Assembly: GCA_013239625.1 (NCBI GenBank)
Contig: MU053376.1
Location: forward strand, 892,833 to 956,832
From: Lama guanicoe
Taxonomy: Eukaryota
Direction of reading: 5' to 3'
Length of the DNA stretch: 64,000 bases
Under the pieces are notes generated by a model. The model worked only from the letters and a program-made list of their open reading frames with translations, was not told where the DNA came from and ran no database searches. Of this stretch, positions 12,701-25,639 are shown piece after piece. The position numbers and the translations under genes were made by a program. Numbering within the stretch: the first letter of the stretch is position 1; each line of letters starts with the position of its first letter.

Positions 12701-15700
12701 TGGAGTCTGGGGACACCGTGGGCACTGACTGGCAGCACTCTGAGTGTTTAAGCCGCCAGTGGCTCCAGGCTCAAAGGGAGGAGCTTTGGAGGGAGAACTG
12801 GGTCCGCAAGGCTGGGCAAGGCAGGGACAGTCCTCCTTCCTCAGCTGCTTTACTCTGCCCCTTGGGGCAAGATGCTTAACTTGTCTGTATTTTGGTGCCT
12901 GCATCTCCCCTAGTCAGCCCCTCCTTTGAATACCTCTCCCCACAGAGGGGCGGGGCTGGTGTCCCGGGAGTACGCCCCTGCAGGGCCAGGGGACAGCTGC
13001 CGCCCTCCTTACCTAGGTTATGGTGAATGTGACCCTTCTTTTTTCACCTTGCTTTTGAGGAGATGGTTGAGTTTAAACTAAAAACTAGCCCCTTCTCTCT
13101 GCCCTGAGGGCTTGGAGGCATCTGGTCTACCCCCTTCCTGGCAAGTCCCAAGGCTTAGAGAAATGTCTACCTGTCCTCAGGGCCACAGTGCCATTTCTAC
13201 TCACCCTGCAAGGGGGATCCGCAACCTGGGCCCAGATGATGCTTTCGTAGTTTCCCTGAACACAGCTAGCCTTAGTAAAGGGTGCAAACAGATCTGAGGA
13301 CATTTGTGGGTTTTCCAGCTAAGGGACCACCTCCCTGCACGCATCCAGCACCCACACAGGAACACGCCCACACGGACACACGCACACAGCAGACCGAGGT
13401 CCCATTGCAGGGCCGCACTTTCAGGAAGAACAGTCCAGATTATGTCCTTGTCTTGAAGAGGGTGAGTCCACAGCCAGGCCTGCTGGAGGTGAGATGTGAC
13501 AAGCTGTGTGGTGCAGTGCCCAACTCGGGGCGGAGGGGAGGGGCTGCCCACACTGCGCCCCATTTGGGCGATTGCTGTGGGCAAAACCAAGAGAGAAAGA
13601 GTCTGATCAAAGGGGAGGGAACCTTCCCCAGGAACAGCACAGGCAGCAGATCTTTAAGAGCCCCAGTCACAGGGCAGCCCAAGCAACACACTCCTGCCTC
13701 AGTCTTTGCAAGGCTGCTCCGCAAACACACTGAAGCGGGAAGGCCTCCCAGGCTCTCAGCTGGAGGGAGCTGGTGCCAGGAATCACTTCTTGTGGGCGGG
13801 CACAGAGCACTCTCCCCACTGGAGACACCCCGGCCGCCACTCCAGCAGCCCCTGCCACACACGCACAAGCCCATGGTTGTAATTTGGTCCACCCTGTTAG
13901 ATCCTCTGGAAAATCACCCTGTGGATTCTGGTTGAGCTTTGCTTGATGGCTTAGGAATAGCATATAAGGAAGCGCCTGATATTAAAAAAAAAAAAATCAG
14001 AGGACTCAAACGAATGAAACAAAGAGCTTGAAATGTCATGAGGACACTCAGTGCCCTGGGCAGAGCCCAACTCCTAGGCAGCCCCGATTTTAAACCAGGC
14101 AGGGGCCACCCCATGGGAGTTCAAGCCAACCTGTGGCTGTCCCCAGCCTGCCCAGCTAACCCTTTCCTTCCCTCCGCTACTGAGTATGGGCCTTCCTGTG
14201 ACAGGTTCCAAGAGGAACAAAGGGAAAAGAGGATAGCCATCCAGGGAAGCCACTGGCCCCCACCAGTGTCTCAGTCCACACCCGAAACCAGTGCTCCTCT
14301 ATCAGGATGTTAGTATTAACTGGATGCTTCATAACTATAGGGATGGAAGTGAAATGGACAAAAAGGTCAGATTAGGACAGGGTCAGATTTCAGCGTGCAG
14401 AGGAGTCACAGAGCTGATCTAGTTGCCGGGACTCGTGGTACGCTAAAATCTCAGGACTTGCTCGAGGTCACACAGCTCGTGAAGCAAGGTGAGGTTAGGG
14501 CTTGAACTCAGGCCTCTGACTCCTTGCCCAGTGTTCTTTCATCTCACCGCAGCTGCCGCCCGGGAAACAGAGGTGTTACTTAAGATGTATCCTGCTGGTT
14601 CACTGTCTCGTTCCTCTTTACTGCTTCTCCCACATCCCCCTATACCTCCCCAAACGAAAGACACAGAGGATTTTCTGAGTCCAAGAGCAGTCAGTCTGTG
14701 CCAGCCGCTGGTGAGCCTGGCTGGGCTGTTAAGGGGAGACCCAAGCCAGGACCAGAGAGTGACAGCTGACTGGTGTTTGTCACTGTGAAGCCTGCACTGT
14801 ACCCTAGGGTGGTGTCTCTCGCTTCGTGACGCATCGGGCCACCAGCATGCAGTGTCCCTCGGGAGAACAGGAGTGGAGGGCTCTGTCCCCTCCACCCTTG
14901 GCCGCAGGGTGCCGAGGGGCAGCAAGGCCCGTGGAAGCTCTGCCACCCAGGGATCTGCTGGGCTGGAGTTCAGTACATGTAAAGACTTCAGTGAAGCAAT
15001 AAACACAAAAATCTGGGAGAAGAAATCCAGAATTTTGTGCACTTCTCTGTTTCTTTTTCAAAAAGGATGCAGATCAGATGACCCTGCCCTGTTCCCTTTC
15101 CTGATTCCCAAATTCGACGGCTTCAGTCAGTGTTGTCCCTCTGCCCGGCTCCCAGCTCTCTTTGCCAACCTCACATTCCTCCTGCACTGAGCATCAGTCG
15201 CCTGTGACGTGGCCGCCTTCTGTCCTGGTCCCACCCGCACCCACACTGGGCCCCGCAGGATCTCTTGCCCTGCACCCTTCCCCCAACACACACACATTTT
15301 CCAGTTTGTTCGTTTCAGCGGGAAGTCTCCCAACGTCTCCATCCCTTCCCACATACCCACACACCCACAAATTGGTCTGATCTTCTTTTCATTGGTTAAA
15401 TATTTAACTCGCCATGGCACACCTTGTTTTAACCCCTCTCACGTCACGTTCTTTCCTTTTGCGAGTTATTTTGCATTAACCAACGTCAGCGACAGATGAG
15501 TATCTGAGGGTGTCACGCACGACCTTCAGCAGGGAAGGCTTCTGGGCCGTGGAGGACCATCTAATACGTGGACTTATAAACTGACTGCATGAGCAATGAA
15601 AAGGCCAAATTATTTGGAATTTTTTTTTGTTGAATCACTGTAAAAATAAAAACTGATTTCTTTTGTATAGAGAACACTAAACGTATAATAAACGTTGTTC

Positions 15701-15706
15701 AAAATG
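9719..15706 (+). other. NFASC: NFASC 3'UTR (~6 kb; 3' end approximate)
   Basis: Follows the stop codon and ends in an AT-rich block with tandem AATAAA signals; interspersed repeats become dense downstream. Confidence 0.7.
11230..11246. repeat. (AG)8 microsatellite in the NFASC 3'UTR
   Basis: agagagagagagagaga seen directly. Confidence 0.9.
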
Positions 15707-15740
15707 AACTCTGGCCATGTAGTTTGTTCATTTCCTTCCT
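15639..15740 (+). terminator. NFASC: NFASC polyadenylation signal region
   Basis: AATAAA at 15645-15650 and 15687-15692, TGTA motifs at 15639 and 15664, and a downstream GT/T-rich tract (tgtagtttgttcatttc). Confidence 0.75.
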
Positions 15741-16849
15741 AGGGAGAAGAGGGATGTTGGGGGCGGTTAATGACAGAAATGGGCACCAGTCAGGATAACG
15801 CACAGAATTCTGTGATACCGGCCCCCATCTTGAACTTAGTCTTATCTTGGAGAACTTGTTGGCACAATTTGTGTTTTAAACATAGAGGGACTGGTATAGG
15901 GATGTGTACAGCCATAGAGACACCCCTGATTCAACACAGCTGCATGTGTGCTTGGGCACCACCACTTCTTACGAAGTTCTGTGTTGGGACGTTGGGAGAA
16001 GGAAAGACGTGCAGTGATGCTCTGCCTCCTGGCCGCTCCTCTTTTGCTCCCCTGCCCTGAGACGGGAGAACACTAGCGTATGCCCTGCCTTGTGCCTGGC
16101 ACAGAATAGACATTTAATATTGTTGAAAGAATGAATAAAACTGCTTACAAAAAAACCAAAAACCCCTCCTAACAGACTGAGGAATCGCAATCCACAAGCA
16201 ACTGGAGAAGGGAAAGAAACAGAGGGCGGTGTTGGTTAGAGACTCTGCTCGAGCTTCCCCACCCCTCCTTTCTTGAAACTTTGGCCTGTAGTTGTGCAAA
16301 TTCCCACTGAGGAGTGACCCACGACCATTGGCCAGGCAGGGTGCATGGTGAGAGACGCACCCGGACGTGGTAAGCCCCCGCCCTTCCCTCAGGGGAACAG
16401 AGAGGGGGCCCAGCTGAGCGGGGGTTCTGTTGTGTGGAAAGATAATGAACGGTTTATAGGCAGTAATGGAAAATCAGGGCTAAAAGTTTCCCATGCAAAT
16501 GCAGACTCAAATCTCTTGGTCAAAGAACCACCAAGTAACTGCCTAACTCACCTGTGTTTATTCTCCCTTCAGAAGTTCTCAGAAAAGATCATTGACTTGG
16601 GTTATTGCTTCATTAGTTTAAAATAAGACCTTGTTTCCAGGTCTGGCTCCTCCTGAATCATTGAGTGTATCACACACCAACCCTAAACCTTCCCGTTCAC
16701 TTGTTAGAATACAAGAAAGGTCTTATCAATCTCAAGTTCACAGACTGTCTCAGAAATTTGCCCTTCATGTCCACTGCACTGTCCCACTGTTAGTCCAGGA
16801 TCTCTTCCAGAATGGACAGTGTCATTGCCTCCTGTGGAACAATTAATCC

Positions 16850-17130
16850 CCCTTGAAACTGCAACCAAAAGGATCTTCTAAAATACCAATCTGATCATGT
16901 CACTCCTTTCCTTGAAACCTTCAAGTTTGCTTCAATACCAAAGTTTGTTACGATAGGATAAAATCTAAACTCCTTGATTTGACATGTTAGACCTTTCATG
17001 ATCTGACCCTTACCTCTGCAGCCTCATTTTTGTTTTAACCACTCCTCACATATACACTAAATTCTAGCCATTCCAAGCTATTTCCAGCTCCCCTGACTTG
17101 CAATGATTTCTCATACTTCTCAACTTTGGC
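16850..17130 (+). mobile_element. L2 fragment
   Basis: aatctgatcatgtcactcct...aaatctaaactccttg...tcatgatctgaccct motifs. Confidence 0.6.
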
Positions 17131-17608
17131 AATTCAGTTCAGCTCAAAAGCACAAATTCATTGACGTACTCTGGGCCAATTAGTGACATAAAGTAGTAGG
17201 ACAGAGTTCCAGTCCTCAGGAAACTCAGACTGTCATGGGAGACAGGTAGGCAAAAGCAATGCTATAGTGTCCAGGACAAAGGGCTCCGTAAACGTGGGTT
17301 GAACAAATAAATTGTGGCCCAAAGGTGGGTCAGCTTGGAGCATCCTCCTCTCCACCTTCCAGACCCCCCTTCTGGATTGTTCATAATCACTGGAGTTGAC
17401 ACTCACAACCAGGCCTTGTAACACCTCACTCTAGTCTCGTTCCTCTTTCCCAAACCTCTCTAAACACCTTTTGCCTTACAGAGCAGCTCTCCTGGCCTCT
17501 TGGAAGGCAGGCTATGACCTCTGTGCTAGATAACACACATTTAACAACCAGTGCGGGTGACACCACTTCAGGAAGTGTTCCCTGATACCTGATGTGGCCA
17601 CACAAGTA

Positions 17609-17612
<4 letters not shown>

Positions 17613-17640
<28 letters not shown>
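17613..17640. repeat. (CA)14 microsatellite
   Basis: Seen directly. Confidence 0.95.
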
Positions 17641-17643
<3 letters not shown>

Positions 17644-17699
17644 CAGTACAGTCTGACGTCCCCTCGCTGTGTCCCCAGATCACCTGTTTTATCTCTCTC

Positions 17700-17865
17700 A
17701 TGGGGGGTTGGCATATGACATTTATTGTCTGTTTCTTTCACTAAATTATGAACTGTGAACATTCTGAGTGTAAGAGACCACTTTTTATCTCTGTGTCCGC
17801 AGGCCAGCCTGGCACACAGCAAGGACAAAATGAATGACTATGAATGAATAAGTGAATGAATGAAT
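17700..17865 (+). mobile_element. L2 3' end
   Basis: gcctggcacacag...tgaatgaataagtgaatgaatgaatg tail. Confidence 0.6.
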
Positions 17866-19044
17866 GTCAGAGACAGCTAGCTGTGCCTTTGAAGAAAAAA
17901 AGATGTGGCCAGGTGAATTCAAGATTTTTGTGTCATCCTCTGTGAATATGGGATATTTGGATTTTGAACTTAGATATGACATTTTAGGGGCAGAAGGTGG
18001 GCCCACTGGCCCATTTTTAGAGCAGGAGCCGCCACTCAAGGGGACAGAAGTGGGGAGATGAAGAGAGCATCTTATTTGAACAACGTTGATCTCAATTCGA
18101 CTGAGGCCAAACAAAGAGAGGCCTGCCTCTCTTCAGAGCCCCCAGGGACCCCCAGAATATCTGTCATCCCTCATCCTTGTCTTCTGAAGGCTGTGCCTCC
18201 CAGTCCATTAGAAATGCTAATCTCCAGCATGGAGATGGATTAACTGACCCAGTGGGAGGGGACAAGTCATCTTCCAATCTTTATTAAGAGTGAATGCTAT
18301 TCCCCTCTTGCCCAGCTGCCCCCAAAGGGTTGGAATCTGGGAATTCGTTATAGACCCTCTCATCAAGGCAGCCTATACCGCTCAACACCATAATATTAGG
18401 TGGAGGCAGGGGCGGGGGGCATTTCAGCCTCCCCCTCCCCGCTTAGTGCATCAAAGCCCATTTGTCTGATGTCGGTTCCTGCTGGAGCATGGACCAGGCA
18501 GTGGGCCTCAGAGCAATTTGGAGCCACAGCTGCGGCCCAACCGCCCAGCTCCCCACCCCCACTCCCACCCACACCCCCCCTAGAACTTGCTGCCAATTCA
18601 CCCCAGGCCCCACGGCAGAGAAGCACGGCTTTGTGCAGACTGGGAGCAGTCTGCAGGGTCCCAGACTCTCAGTCCTGGCTTGGGTCCCCTAGGAGCTCAT
18701 CTAACCCATCCTAACCAGGAATCCTGACCCCACCGCCTCAAGTAAGGGACCACAGCAGAGGGCAAGTTGTGGCTGGAGGGCAATGGGGGTGGGGTTACTA
18801 TTCCACTCTGAAATAAACCAAGTTATTTAGCATATATTTAACATCACAGTTGCCTTCTAACAGGGCTGAACCCTATTAGATGGAGGGTCCAGGACTGAGC
18901 TGAGTAGGGAGTTTGCAGACAGCAGCAGGAGGAGCCTGTAGCAACAGGGAGAGATTTCAGAACTCTGGGGCAATGCAGCATAAGGGACAGCGGAGGAACA
19001 GACACCAAAGAAAGATTAGAGTAGTGGTTTCAAAGCATGGTCCC

Positions 19045-19214
19045 TGGCACTATAGAGCACAACTGTATTCAATTTCTTGTAATGAGCTGGAAAGGAAAAG
19101 AATCTGAAAATACACATATGTATGTAAGTGTGTAACTAAATCGCTTTGCTGTACACCTGAAACTAACATTATAAATTGACTGTAAGTTCAGTAAAAAACA
19201 AGAATTAAAAAAAC
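19045..19214 (+). mobile_element. 5'-truncated L1 3' end inserted into a MER5A-like element (19022-19044 and 19215-19290)
   Basis: ctttgctgtacacctgaaactaaca plus A-rich tail; near-TSD agcatggtccc / agtatggtccc; the flanks rejoin as MER5A-like ggtcccc...cagcagcatcag...agaaatgcaaattct. Confidence 0.75.
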
Positions 19215-20237
19215 AGTATGGTCCCCAGGCCAGCAGCATCAGAATCATCTGGGAATTTACAGAAATGCAAATTCTTGTGCCCCATCCCCTCGATTAGAGG
19301 GACACAATGAGAAGGCTGGGCACTCAGGGATGCGGCCCTGCCCGGCGCCCCCAAATTATCAGTCAAATCTACCCAACTGACGAATTAGCTTCTTGTGAGT
19401 AGATGTTTTACACAAAGTAGGAAAGATGGTGAATTCTCCATCCAAATGGATGCAGGGTGAAGCAGAGCCCACAGGAGAATGGAGGGGGCAGAGCATAAGC
19501 CCCCAGGAGTCAGCAAAAATTATGGGAGAGACTCTGACATCCACCGACCATGGAATTGGCAGGGAACTGAGCCATTTATACACTGATGTCAAAGAGGCAA
19601 GAGGGCACCAGATGGTATTTGGGTCACAGTGCATTTACATGAGGTGACTTAGGAGAAGAGTAACTGATAATGTTGACACCAGCCAACGGTGCGAGGCAGA
19701 GTGCTGCGCGCTCTATGCAAATGCTCCCCTAAGTGCACACCAGCTCTCTGAGGCAGGTAGCCGCAGCTCCAAACGGCTGAATAACTTGCCCAAGGTAGAT
19801 GACAAAGCCAGAACCAGCTGCTAGGTCTGTCTGACTCTCAAACCTCAGCCTTCACTGGTATACTCAGGTGTGAATGGGCATCTCCGTGAAGAATTAGCCC
19901 TGGCGTTGTGATTCGAAGGCTTCATGCCAGTGCGGCCCCTGCCAGCTCTTCCCCGGGATCTGGCAACAGTCCGCCCCTTCCTCCTGCTCTGCTGTGGTAG
20001 GACATGTGGCTCTCGACTCCACCCCAGGAGAGCCCTGGAGAAGGTTGTGGGTGCCATGCCGACCCTGGTCATGTGATGTGGGGCAGCGAAGCCATAGGCA
20101 CACTTGTCCTCCTGCAACTGAGCCTTGAGTACTGAGGAACAGCCAGGTCTCCACCAGCAGACCAGGCCCTAGCTGTGTGACCCCGGGCAGGTCACTTAAT
20201 CTCACTTTGCCTCCCTTCCTTCACCTATAAAACAGGG

Positions 20238-20472
20238 ATAAATGTGGGAGTTTGAGATTTGCAAATGATAACCACTACATACAAAAATAGATAAAAACCA
20301 GATTTCTCCTCTATAGCACAGGGAACTATATTCAATATCTTGTAATAACATTTAATGAAAAAGAATATGAATAAGAATATATATATATGCATGACTGAGA
20401 CATTATGCTGTAACCACATTATAACTGACCATACATCAATTTAAAAATTAATTTAATTTAATTTAATTTAAA
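20238..20472 (+). mobile_element. L1 3' end inserted into a MIR (20160-20237 and 20473-20575)
   Basis: tatagcacagggaactatattcaatatcttgtaataac and an (aattt)n tail; MIR core agctgtgtgaccccgggcaggtcacttaa on the left and MIR 3' part on the right. Confidence 0.75.
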
Positions 20473-23251
20473 TAAACAAGGGTTGTAATTGTTAGCTACC
20501 TCTTAGGTTGTCGTAAGGATCAAACTAGTTAAAATATGAAAAGTGCCTGACTCATAGTAAAGCACTAGATAATAATTTGTTGAATTTAAACTAATGATTG
20601 AATCTCCTTGCACGTCCCTTTCTTCTGCCTTCTAGAATGTTCTCCCTAGCCTCGACTTCTTCCTTCAAAAGTCCTTCCCATCCTTCCAGACAGGCTGAAA
20701 CCCCTCCTTTCGTAAGTGCCTTGGCCCACAGGGCTGTGTCTCTTCAGATTCTCTTGACCTTCCTGCCTCCCCTGCCCCTTGGCCTTCCGCATAAGCTCCC
20801 AACCTGTCTCCTCTGTGCCTGGCCAGTCTACCGACCTCTGGAGGAAAGGCCCAGCGGCTCAGCCTCTGCAGCTTTGTGGTGCCTCGTGCACAGCAGGTGG
20901 CCCCCTGATCTTTGGGACCCAGAGGTCCCTGCAGAGTGAGGAGGCCTGTTTGTTTTCAAGCTGTCTGCGTTACTGTATTTACTGCCCAGTTAGTGTTTCA
21001 GTCTGTGTGGTATTGACAGGGGGAAGGGAGGCAGGCAGTATTTATCTTCCTAAAAGCAAGTTTACCAGGCTCCAAGTGGTTGGCTGTAAGGGCCAGTGAT
21101 GAGTACTGAGAGCCAGAGGTTCATTCTACAGCCCCATTAATTAACCTTCCCAAAGTCCCCTAAGTGCTCTTGTCTCCCTTCCTAAAGCCTAGGAACCCAC
21201 TCTCATTTATCGGAAAGGACTGTCCATCTTTCACCTTCCTCCCTCCTGCCCCTTCTAGCTCTAGCCTGGCTGTTAGGACACAGCCCGACCCTCTATCCAC
21301 TGAACAACCCAAGTGGCAAAAAAGAATGAGGCTAGACATCCAGAACGCCTGGATTTGCACCAAGAGAGAATGACCACAGGACAGAGCTTAGCCAGTGTCC
21401 CCTCCATGAGCTCTCACAGCCCTGATCCAGACTGAATTGGGTGTGATTGCCTCCCTGGGACCACTTCTCTTAGGTTTAGGAGCCCAATTCCCAGGCTCAG
21501 CGTAGGAGAAACCGCCTCTTCCAGGCCACAGATACAAGACTCTGACTCCTTCCTTCTCAATACTGACATCACTGCTCCCCCAGGAGGGGAGTTTGGCAAA
21601 GACCATCATTGATGCGATCAGCTCTGAGGTTCAGAGAAGCTAAAAATCTGCCATCCTTCTCCCTCCCAAGGCCCAGCAGCAATCTCCACGAGAAAAAAAA
21701 AGCAAAAGCCCTTCCTCCTGAGCCACAAGGGCCTCTTTTCCAAGTTTTCCACAGGGTCGTGCCTGATGTGGCTAGGTAATCAAGGCGACAGGCAACCGCA
21801 GGGGGCAGAACATGGGCTGGACCGGACAAGCACAGGTGCACACTTCAGTCAGCAGGGTCCTCGGAGTGACCCTAGTCCCCTCTCAGTTGTGTGCACCCGG
21901 CTCAGACCCACGGAATGTGAGGGCTGGTGTGAGCCCTGGTCCATCCCCTCGTTCTATACATTCCCCTCCCCACGTCAAATACAAAATCCAAAACTGGCTC
22001 CCCCACCACCCAGCAAATGCCCCACCCCTGCCTTGCGCATTAGCTAAGGCCTCCTTGGGGAAAGCAGGCTCACATTTCAAATGAGGGCCAGCCCAGACTG
22101 CATCTGAAAGGGCTGACGGCTTTCCTAGGGGAAAAAAATATATATACAGACTTATAAATAGACTCATTCTGAAGACAGGTAGAAACAGTTTGGGATTTTC
22201 AGCTGCCCTAGACTCCCCCTGCCCCTTTATCACCACCGAAGCAGGCAGCTGGGAGCCGTGCTGGGTTTAGGAAAGTTGGGGGCAGAAGAGGCAACGTGAT
22301 CATTCTTAGGATTCTCCTTCTATGCTAAATTGAGGAATACGTAGGTACAACTTTAGTTCCCAGGAGCAAGCAGACCCCGGACCAGGGCGGAGCCTCTGCA
22401 CCGCCTTTCCCTCCCCCACCCGACACCCAGCATCTCCCCTTTCCATTTCCGTCCGATTCTCCAGCCCCTCTTCCGAACTGTCAGGCACACTCTCGCGGGT
22501 CCATCAGTGGCTTTTAACGGAGCCCCCGGCTTTCATCCTATTAGTGAGACCGGGAGTAATTACGACTTCATTAGCCAAATAGGTTCGTGGTTCAGAGACT
22601 ACCCCCCACCACAAAACAAAACACACACCCGCTTCCCTCCATCTGAAGTCTGTCCCCTGGGGCACCAGCTAACACTATAGCATGCTCCAGGGAAACCATC
22701 AGGGAAGGGGGAAAAGCCAGGGATGGCTGGCCAGTGGGGAGGGGGCCGGCAGCCCCCACTCCTCAGAGGTACATCTGTTGGCTGGCTGGTCCCCCGGAGA
22801 GATTTGTGACAGGGAGAGGGATGGCACTCCAGCAAATGAGGGGCATGACCCCTCGCATCTGTCTGCTGCCCCTCGCCTCTGGCTCTGCTCGTCTCTCAGT
22901 CATGGCTGGCCATCAGTTGATGGCCAGTTCACTTCCTGGATGGACAGGGCAACTGCCCCCTCTAGGGGTCTCTCAAGCCAATGCCCAGAGGCTTCCAGAG
23001 GGTCAGAGTCCCCGGCTCCTCCACCCCGAGTCTCCCATCTACACTTCGGCTGCTGCAGCTCCAGGAACAAAGAAGAAAAGGGTCTGCCAAGCAAAGACAA
23101 AGCTGTGCCACAGAAACATCTGGCTGGGGGGTCTTTAGCCAGCCCCGGCCACCAGGCCAGGCAGGCAGGTCCCCGACACCTGGGAGAGATTCCACCGCTC
23201 CCCTGTCACTTGTCTGGCGTCCCACACCTCAGAGCTGGAAAGCGTTTTCTT

Positions 23252-23670
23252 TAGATGAATGGACCTAGGAAACAGCATCCTAAGTGAATGCAGTAAGTCA
23301 GACAGGGAAAATATTATGTGATGTCACTTACATGCAGAATCTAAAAAATAATACAAGTGAATTTATTTACAAAACAGAAACAAGCTCACAGACATAGAAA
23401 ACAAACTTTTGGTTACCGAAGGAGAAAGGGAAGAGGGGTGGGGTAAATTAAGAGCACAGGATTAACAAACACCCATGCCTATAAAATAGATAAACAAGGA
23501 CTTACTGCATAGCACAGGGGACTACATTCAATAGCTTGTAATAACTTATCATTTAAAATAATCTGAAAAAAAAGTATGTATAACTGAATCACTTTGCTGT
23601 ACACCTGAAACTAACACAAATTTTATATCAACTATACTTCAATTTTAAAAAAGAACGAAAAAAAAAAAAG
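23252..23670 (+). mobile_element. L1 3' end (laurasiatherian/artiodactyl type) with poly(A)
   Basis: atggacctag...aagtcagac...gaatctaaaaa...tagcacagggg...ctttgctgtacacctgaaactaacac followed by an A tail. Confidence 0.85.
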
Positions 23671-24932
23671 AGAGAGAGAAGGGTTTATTTGGGTCTAAAT
23701 TAGCTCCACGTTGCAACTAAAACTATCCCCACCTGGGAAATTGCTTATTGTCCTTCTCTTTTCCTGTTCTTTTAATAGGTTCTAAGAGCACAGAGTCTAG
23801 TGCTCCCACCTCCAAGCTGAACCCAGGGAACTCGCTCTGGCCGACCTTCCTCAGCCACTCCCAGCCACAGCGTTAGTCACAACCGTTTCCTCTCCCAGGT
23901 AAGCGTCCAGGATGAGGCCACACCAGCTCCGGCCACACCCACTGCCCCCACCCTCTACTGGGAGACCCTCAGGCACGTGCCTCTTTGTCCATAAAGCTTC
24001 CAGAGAGAGCTGGCTGCTTATTCTGAGGGCTTTGCAAGTAACAGCTGGTGAATTCTCATCCCTGCTGAGGGTCCCTCTGCTTGGATCCCCAGCCGGCAAG
24101 ATGTCGTCTGCTGAGGCTGGACCTGGAGCCGTCAGGATAGATGAGATGACCCCCGAACAGCCCTGCCACTTACCAGACCCCAGGCTCCGTGCAGCCTGGC
24201 CCTGACTCTGACCTGACCCTGTTCTGCCCCCAGGCCCCACAGCTTGGCCTCAGCCCTCCCTCCCCCCAACCCCAACCCACAAGCAGCCCAAAAGCCAGGC
24301 AGGAGGACCCCTGCTCTCTGCCCTTCCAGGAAAGGGAGTCCCTAGAGGCCAGCCCAGCTGTACACACGGCACCCCTGCTTGTGTTCCCTGAAAGCAACCG
24401 TCCTTTTGTTAATTTTGCAATTTCCCAAAGTGCCAGGAACATCTCATCTGCCAGTCACGGCATCTGCTCCTCTCAGTCTCCAGAAGGCTGGGTGGGAGCT
24501 GCGCCAGCCCCTTCCCTGGGGCTCCCCCTGCCTCACGTTCCTTCTGCCAGCTTGGGCACCCTGCTCACCTCGTCCCCTGGGAGCACCTCCAGTTCCTCTA
24601 CATGCCTGGCCTTGGCACCCTTCCCTATGGCCTCGGCTGACAGCCTCCATGACCATCTCCCCTTCCGGGACCAAGCTCACCTGCCCACGTGGACAGGAAC
24701 CTGTTCTGTTCCTTGGGGGCTACAAAGGCCATTCTTCCTTTGGATGCCCATCCAGGGCCCTTAACAGGTAAAGGAGCCTCAGAGGGCTAAGGAAAGAGGA
24801 GGCCTGCCCATTGGCCCCCTCCCCATACACACAGTCCCTGGGCTGCTCAGTTCCAGGGCAGTGAAAGCTCTGGCTGGCTCCTCAGCCCAGAATACCTACC
24901 AGGAATCTGGCCTGCCCCGTCCTGCGCTTCCA

Positions 24933-25147
24933 CAGAGGGGCTCTCAACCTCAGCACTGCCGACCTTTGGGACTGGGGGATTTGTAGGCGTGGGGCTGCCC
25001 AATGCTTTACAGACTGTTTAGCAGCATCCCTGACCACTACCCCCAGATGTCAGTAACACACATTCCACTCCCCACCGACACACACGTGTCATGATAACCA
25101 AAAATGTCTCCAGACATCGCCAAATGTCCCCTGGTTGAGAAACACTG
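24933..25147. mobile_element. MER20-like hAT element
   Basis: ctctcaacctcagcact...aaccaaaaatgtctccagacatcgccaaatgtcccctggttgagaaacactg. Confidence 0.8.
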
Positions 25148-25256
25148 AGCCAAAGCGAAAAAGAAGACTGACATCTGAGCATCCGGGACTGACACACACA
25201 CCCCTGCTCCCACACTTCTGATTCCCAGGCTCCAGGTGACAAAGGAATAGCTCAAA

Positions 25257-25518
25257 CAAGGGCTTGGCAAACATTTTCTGTAAAGGGCTAGATAGTAAAT
25301 ATTTCCAGCTTTGCAGGCCATGCACAGCCCCTGTTGCAATTATTCCCCCACCCGTGTGGCATGAAAGTAGCCAGACAATGCTAAATGAACAAGTGTGGCT
25401 GTGTTCCAATAAATCTTTATTTATGAACATTGAAATTTGAATTGCATACTCTTTTCATGTGCCACAAAACATTTTTCTTCTTTTCAGCCATTTAAAAATG
25501 TGAAACCCACTCTTAGCA
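25257..25518. mobile_element. MER58-like hAT element
   Basis: ggcaaacattttctgtaaaggg...tggctgtgttccaataaatctttatttatg. Confidence 0.8.
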
Positions 25519-25639
25519 TATGGACCCAAGGATTTCAGAGGAATCAAAACACCAGGACACCCAGGGGGGAGAGGGAGGGAGCCAACCATGGCCCAACATG
25601 GTCTCCTCTGCCCCATCCTGAACCCAGAAAATGGATGAC

